A stretch of 64,000 bases of DNA from an uncultured Methanoregulaceae archaeon. Its GTDB lineage: Archaea; Halobacteriota; Methanomicrobia; Methanomicrobiales; Methanospirillaceae. The notes under the pieces are model-generated. The model was not told where the DNA came from. It made no database searches and saw nothing but the letters and a program-made list of their open reading frames with translations. The DNA is taken from positions 2,016,001 through 2,080,000 of the forward strand of contig OY970061.1 in the NCBI GenBank assembly GCA_963705255.1, read 5' to 3'. Shown here in pieces: positions 62,107 through 64,000 of the stretch. The first letter of the stretch is position 1. Each line of letters begins with the position of its first letter. Made by a program: the position numbers and the translations under genes.

Positions 62107-63399
62107 ATGCGCATACCCATACAATCAGTGACGCCGGAGTGCGGCCACGCGGAGATCTGCGGCTGGGTCCACGAGGTCAGGGATCTCGGGGGCCTCGCGT
62201 TCTTTTTGATCCGCGACCGGACCGGCATCATCCAGGTGACCATCCCGAAGAAGAAGGCTCCCGAGGCGGTGCTTGCCGCCGCAAAAGCGGTCTCCCGCGA
62301 ATCGGTCGTCCGGGTAACCGGGACCGTGAAGGCGATCGACAAGGCTCCCGGCGGCCGTGAACTGGTGCCCGAGACCTTCGAGATCGTCTCCCTTGCGGAG
62401 ACCCCGCTCCCCCTCGATGTATCCGAGAAGGTCCCGGTCGAGCTGGATACCCGGCTCGATGCCCGGTTCCTTGACGTGCGGAGGCCCCGGGTTGCTGCGG
62501 TCTTCGAGATCCGCAGCGCGGCCCTGCATGCCATCAACCAGTATTTCCACCACGAGGGGTTCACCAACATCACCACGCCCAAGATTGTCGCAGCAGCAAC
62601 CGAGGGCGGGACCGAGCTGTTTCCCATAGCGTACTTCGACAAGGAGGCTTTCCTCAACCAGAGCCCCCAGCTCTACAAGCAGATGATGATGGCGGCAGGC
62701 TGCGAGAAGGTGTACCAGATCGGCCCGATCTTCCGTGCCGAGGAGCATAACACCACGAAGCACCTGAACGAGGCGACCAGTATCGATATCGAGGTCTCGT
62801 TTGCAGACCACTTTGAGGTCATGCGCATCCTCGAGGATCTCATTGTCAGGGTCTACGGGTACGTGAACGGGACGTGTTCTCCCCAGCTCGCAAACCTGGA
62901 AATTACGGACTTCCCCTTGCCGAAAGCCCCGTTCCCCCGGCTCCCGTACAGTGAAGCAATCGAGATCGCGAAGAAGCAGATCGAGGACCCCCTCAGGTAT
63001 GGCGATGACATCAGCCCCGCGGCCGAGCGTGCGATCGGTGCTGAGATGGGCGGCCACTACTTCATCGTGGACTGGCCCAGCGAGATCCGTCCCTACTACG
63101 CAATGCAGTACCAGAACGATCCCTCGATCTGCAAGGCGTTCGACCTGATGCACCCGCGGATGGAACTCTCGAGCGGGGCCCAGCGGGAGCACAGGTACGA
63201 CCGGCTCGTGCACCAGATCAGCAGGAAAGGTCTCAACCCCGGGAGCTTCGAGTTCTACCTCCGCCCGTTCCGGTACGGCATGCCCCCCCACGCAGGCTGG
63301 GGTCTCGGGGCAGAGCGGCTGGTCATGACCATGCTCGGCCTTTCCAATGTGCGGGAAGCGGTCCTGTTCCCGCGGGACATGCACCGGCTGGTCCCCTGA
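62107..63399 (+). CDS. aspS: Aspartate-tRNA ligase (archaeal type)
   Basis: GWVHEVRDLGG, TEGGTELF, LNQSPQLYKQ, FRAE, SSGAQR, GMPPHAGWGLGAER. Confidence 0.97.
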   Translation: MRIPIQSVTPECGHAEICGWVHEVRDLGGLAFFLIRDRTGIIQVTIPKKKAPEAVLAAAKAVSRESVVRVTGTVKAIDKAPGGRELVPETFEIVSLAETPLPLDVSEKVPVELDTRLDARFLDVRRPRVAAVFEIRSAALHAINQYFHHEGFTNITTPKIVAAATEGGTELFPIAYFDKEAFLNQSPQLYKQMMMAAGCEKVYQIGPIFRAEEHNTTKHLNEATSIDIEVSFADHFEVMRILEDLIVRVYGYVNGTCSPQLANLEITDFPLPKAPFPRLPYSEAIEIAKKQIEDPLRYGDDISPAAERAIGAEMGGHYFIVDWPSEIRPYYAMQYQNDPSICKAFDLMHPRMELSSGAQREHRYDRLVHQISRKGLNPGSFEFYLRPFRYGMPPHAGWGLGAERLVMTMLGLSNVREAVLFPRDMHRLVP

Positions 63400-63460
63400 C
63401 CACGAACTATTTTTACACACGGGACAATCCAGCTGTAGCAGACACCTGCCCGGATCCCTT

Positions 63461-64000
63461 ATGGCAAAAGCGTATTTCATCAATAAAGTGCTGGCAACTA
63501 CGGTAGTCGGCAGCTACCCGGTCACGAAGGGCGGGGGACTGCGGAGCCTCTTCGACCCGCTCCACGCTGCAGTAGAGACTGCGGTCGCGGACCAGATTGC
63601 TGCCGGCATCGACATCATCTCGGACGGACAGGTCCGGGGGGACATGATCCAGATGTTCACCGCACGACTGCCAGGTATCAGAGGGCAGGACGTGATCGGC
63701 AAGGTGGAACCGGCCGCAGGCGCTATAACCGTTGGCGACACGAAGTATGCCCTCTCGAAAGCCCCGAAGGTCAAGGGGATCATCACCGGCCCTTCCACGC
63801 TCGCACACGACCTCCATATCAGCACCCCGATGTACCGGAACAAGGAGGAGCTCGCGCTCGACCTTGCCGCAGCCCTCATTGTCGAGGCAAAGAGCCTGGA
63901 GGCTGCCGGGGTGGCCCTGCTCCAGATCGATGAGCCGATCCTCTCGACCGGCATCGCCGATCTCGCGGTGGGGAAGCAGGCCGTGGAGATGATCACATCG
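63461..64000 (+). CDS. metE: MetE C-terminal-like methionine synthase (methylcobalamin:homocysteine methyltransferase), truncated by window end
   Basis: Hand translation: TTVVGSYP, Q..AGIDIISDGQVR, KGIITGPST, LQIDEP. Confidence 0.88.
   Translation, partial: MAKAYFINKVLATTVVGSYPVTKGGGLRSLFDPLHAAVETAVADQIAAGIDIISDGQVRGDMIQMFTARLPGIRGQDVIGKVEPAAGAITVGDTKYALSKAPKVKGIITGPSTLAHDLHISTPMYRNKEELALDLAAALIVEAKSLEAAGVALLQIDEPILSTGIADLAVGKQAVEMITS

Overview
Archaeal genomic window; gene content (PolD with intein, CofD, AcnX/UbiD/UbiX, archaeal AspRS, MetE-like protein) points to a Methanomicrobiales (Methanoregula-like) methanogen. Left to right: a partial pilus locus (KaiC-like protein, two T2SS-F/TadC genes, DUF1628-type pilin), PAS kinase, arsC-phoU-pstB-pstCA-pstS with a divergent AbrB-PhoU regulator, a PHP gene coupled to a truncated TnpB-like gene, a CHASE4 kinase, tRNA-Leu(CAA), polC with a mini-intein, a V/A-type ATPase split into two convergent operons, a ~5.4 kb accessory island (39.5-44.9 kb), modified-mevalonate genes, housekeeping genes, a GNAT toxin-antitoxin islet, aspS and the start of a metE-like gene. 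The most striking unannotated signal is a dispersed non-coding repeat family (at least 6 clusters) of hairpins closed by tandem G.A mismatches, with covarying stems, GAA triloops and nested inverted copies. Two clusters bracket the island in inverted orientation and a third sits in the leader of its main uncharacterised gene. About 14 genes sites carry single-base frameshifts that are probably sequencing errors; 6 of them sit at GTAC. All product calls come from motif recognition by eye; no database search was run.
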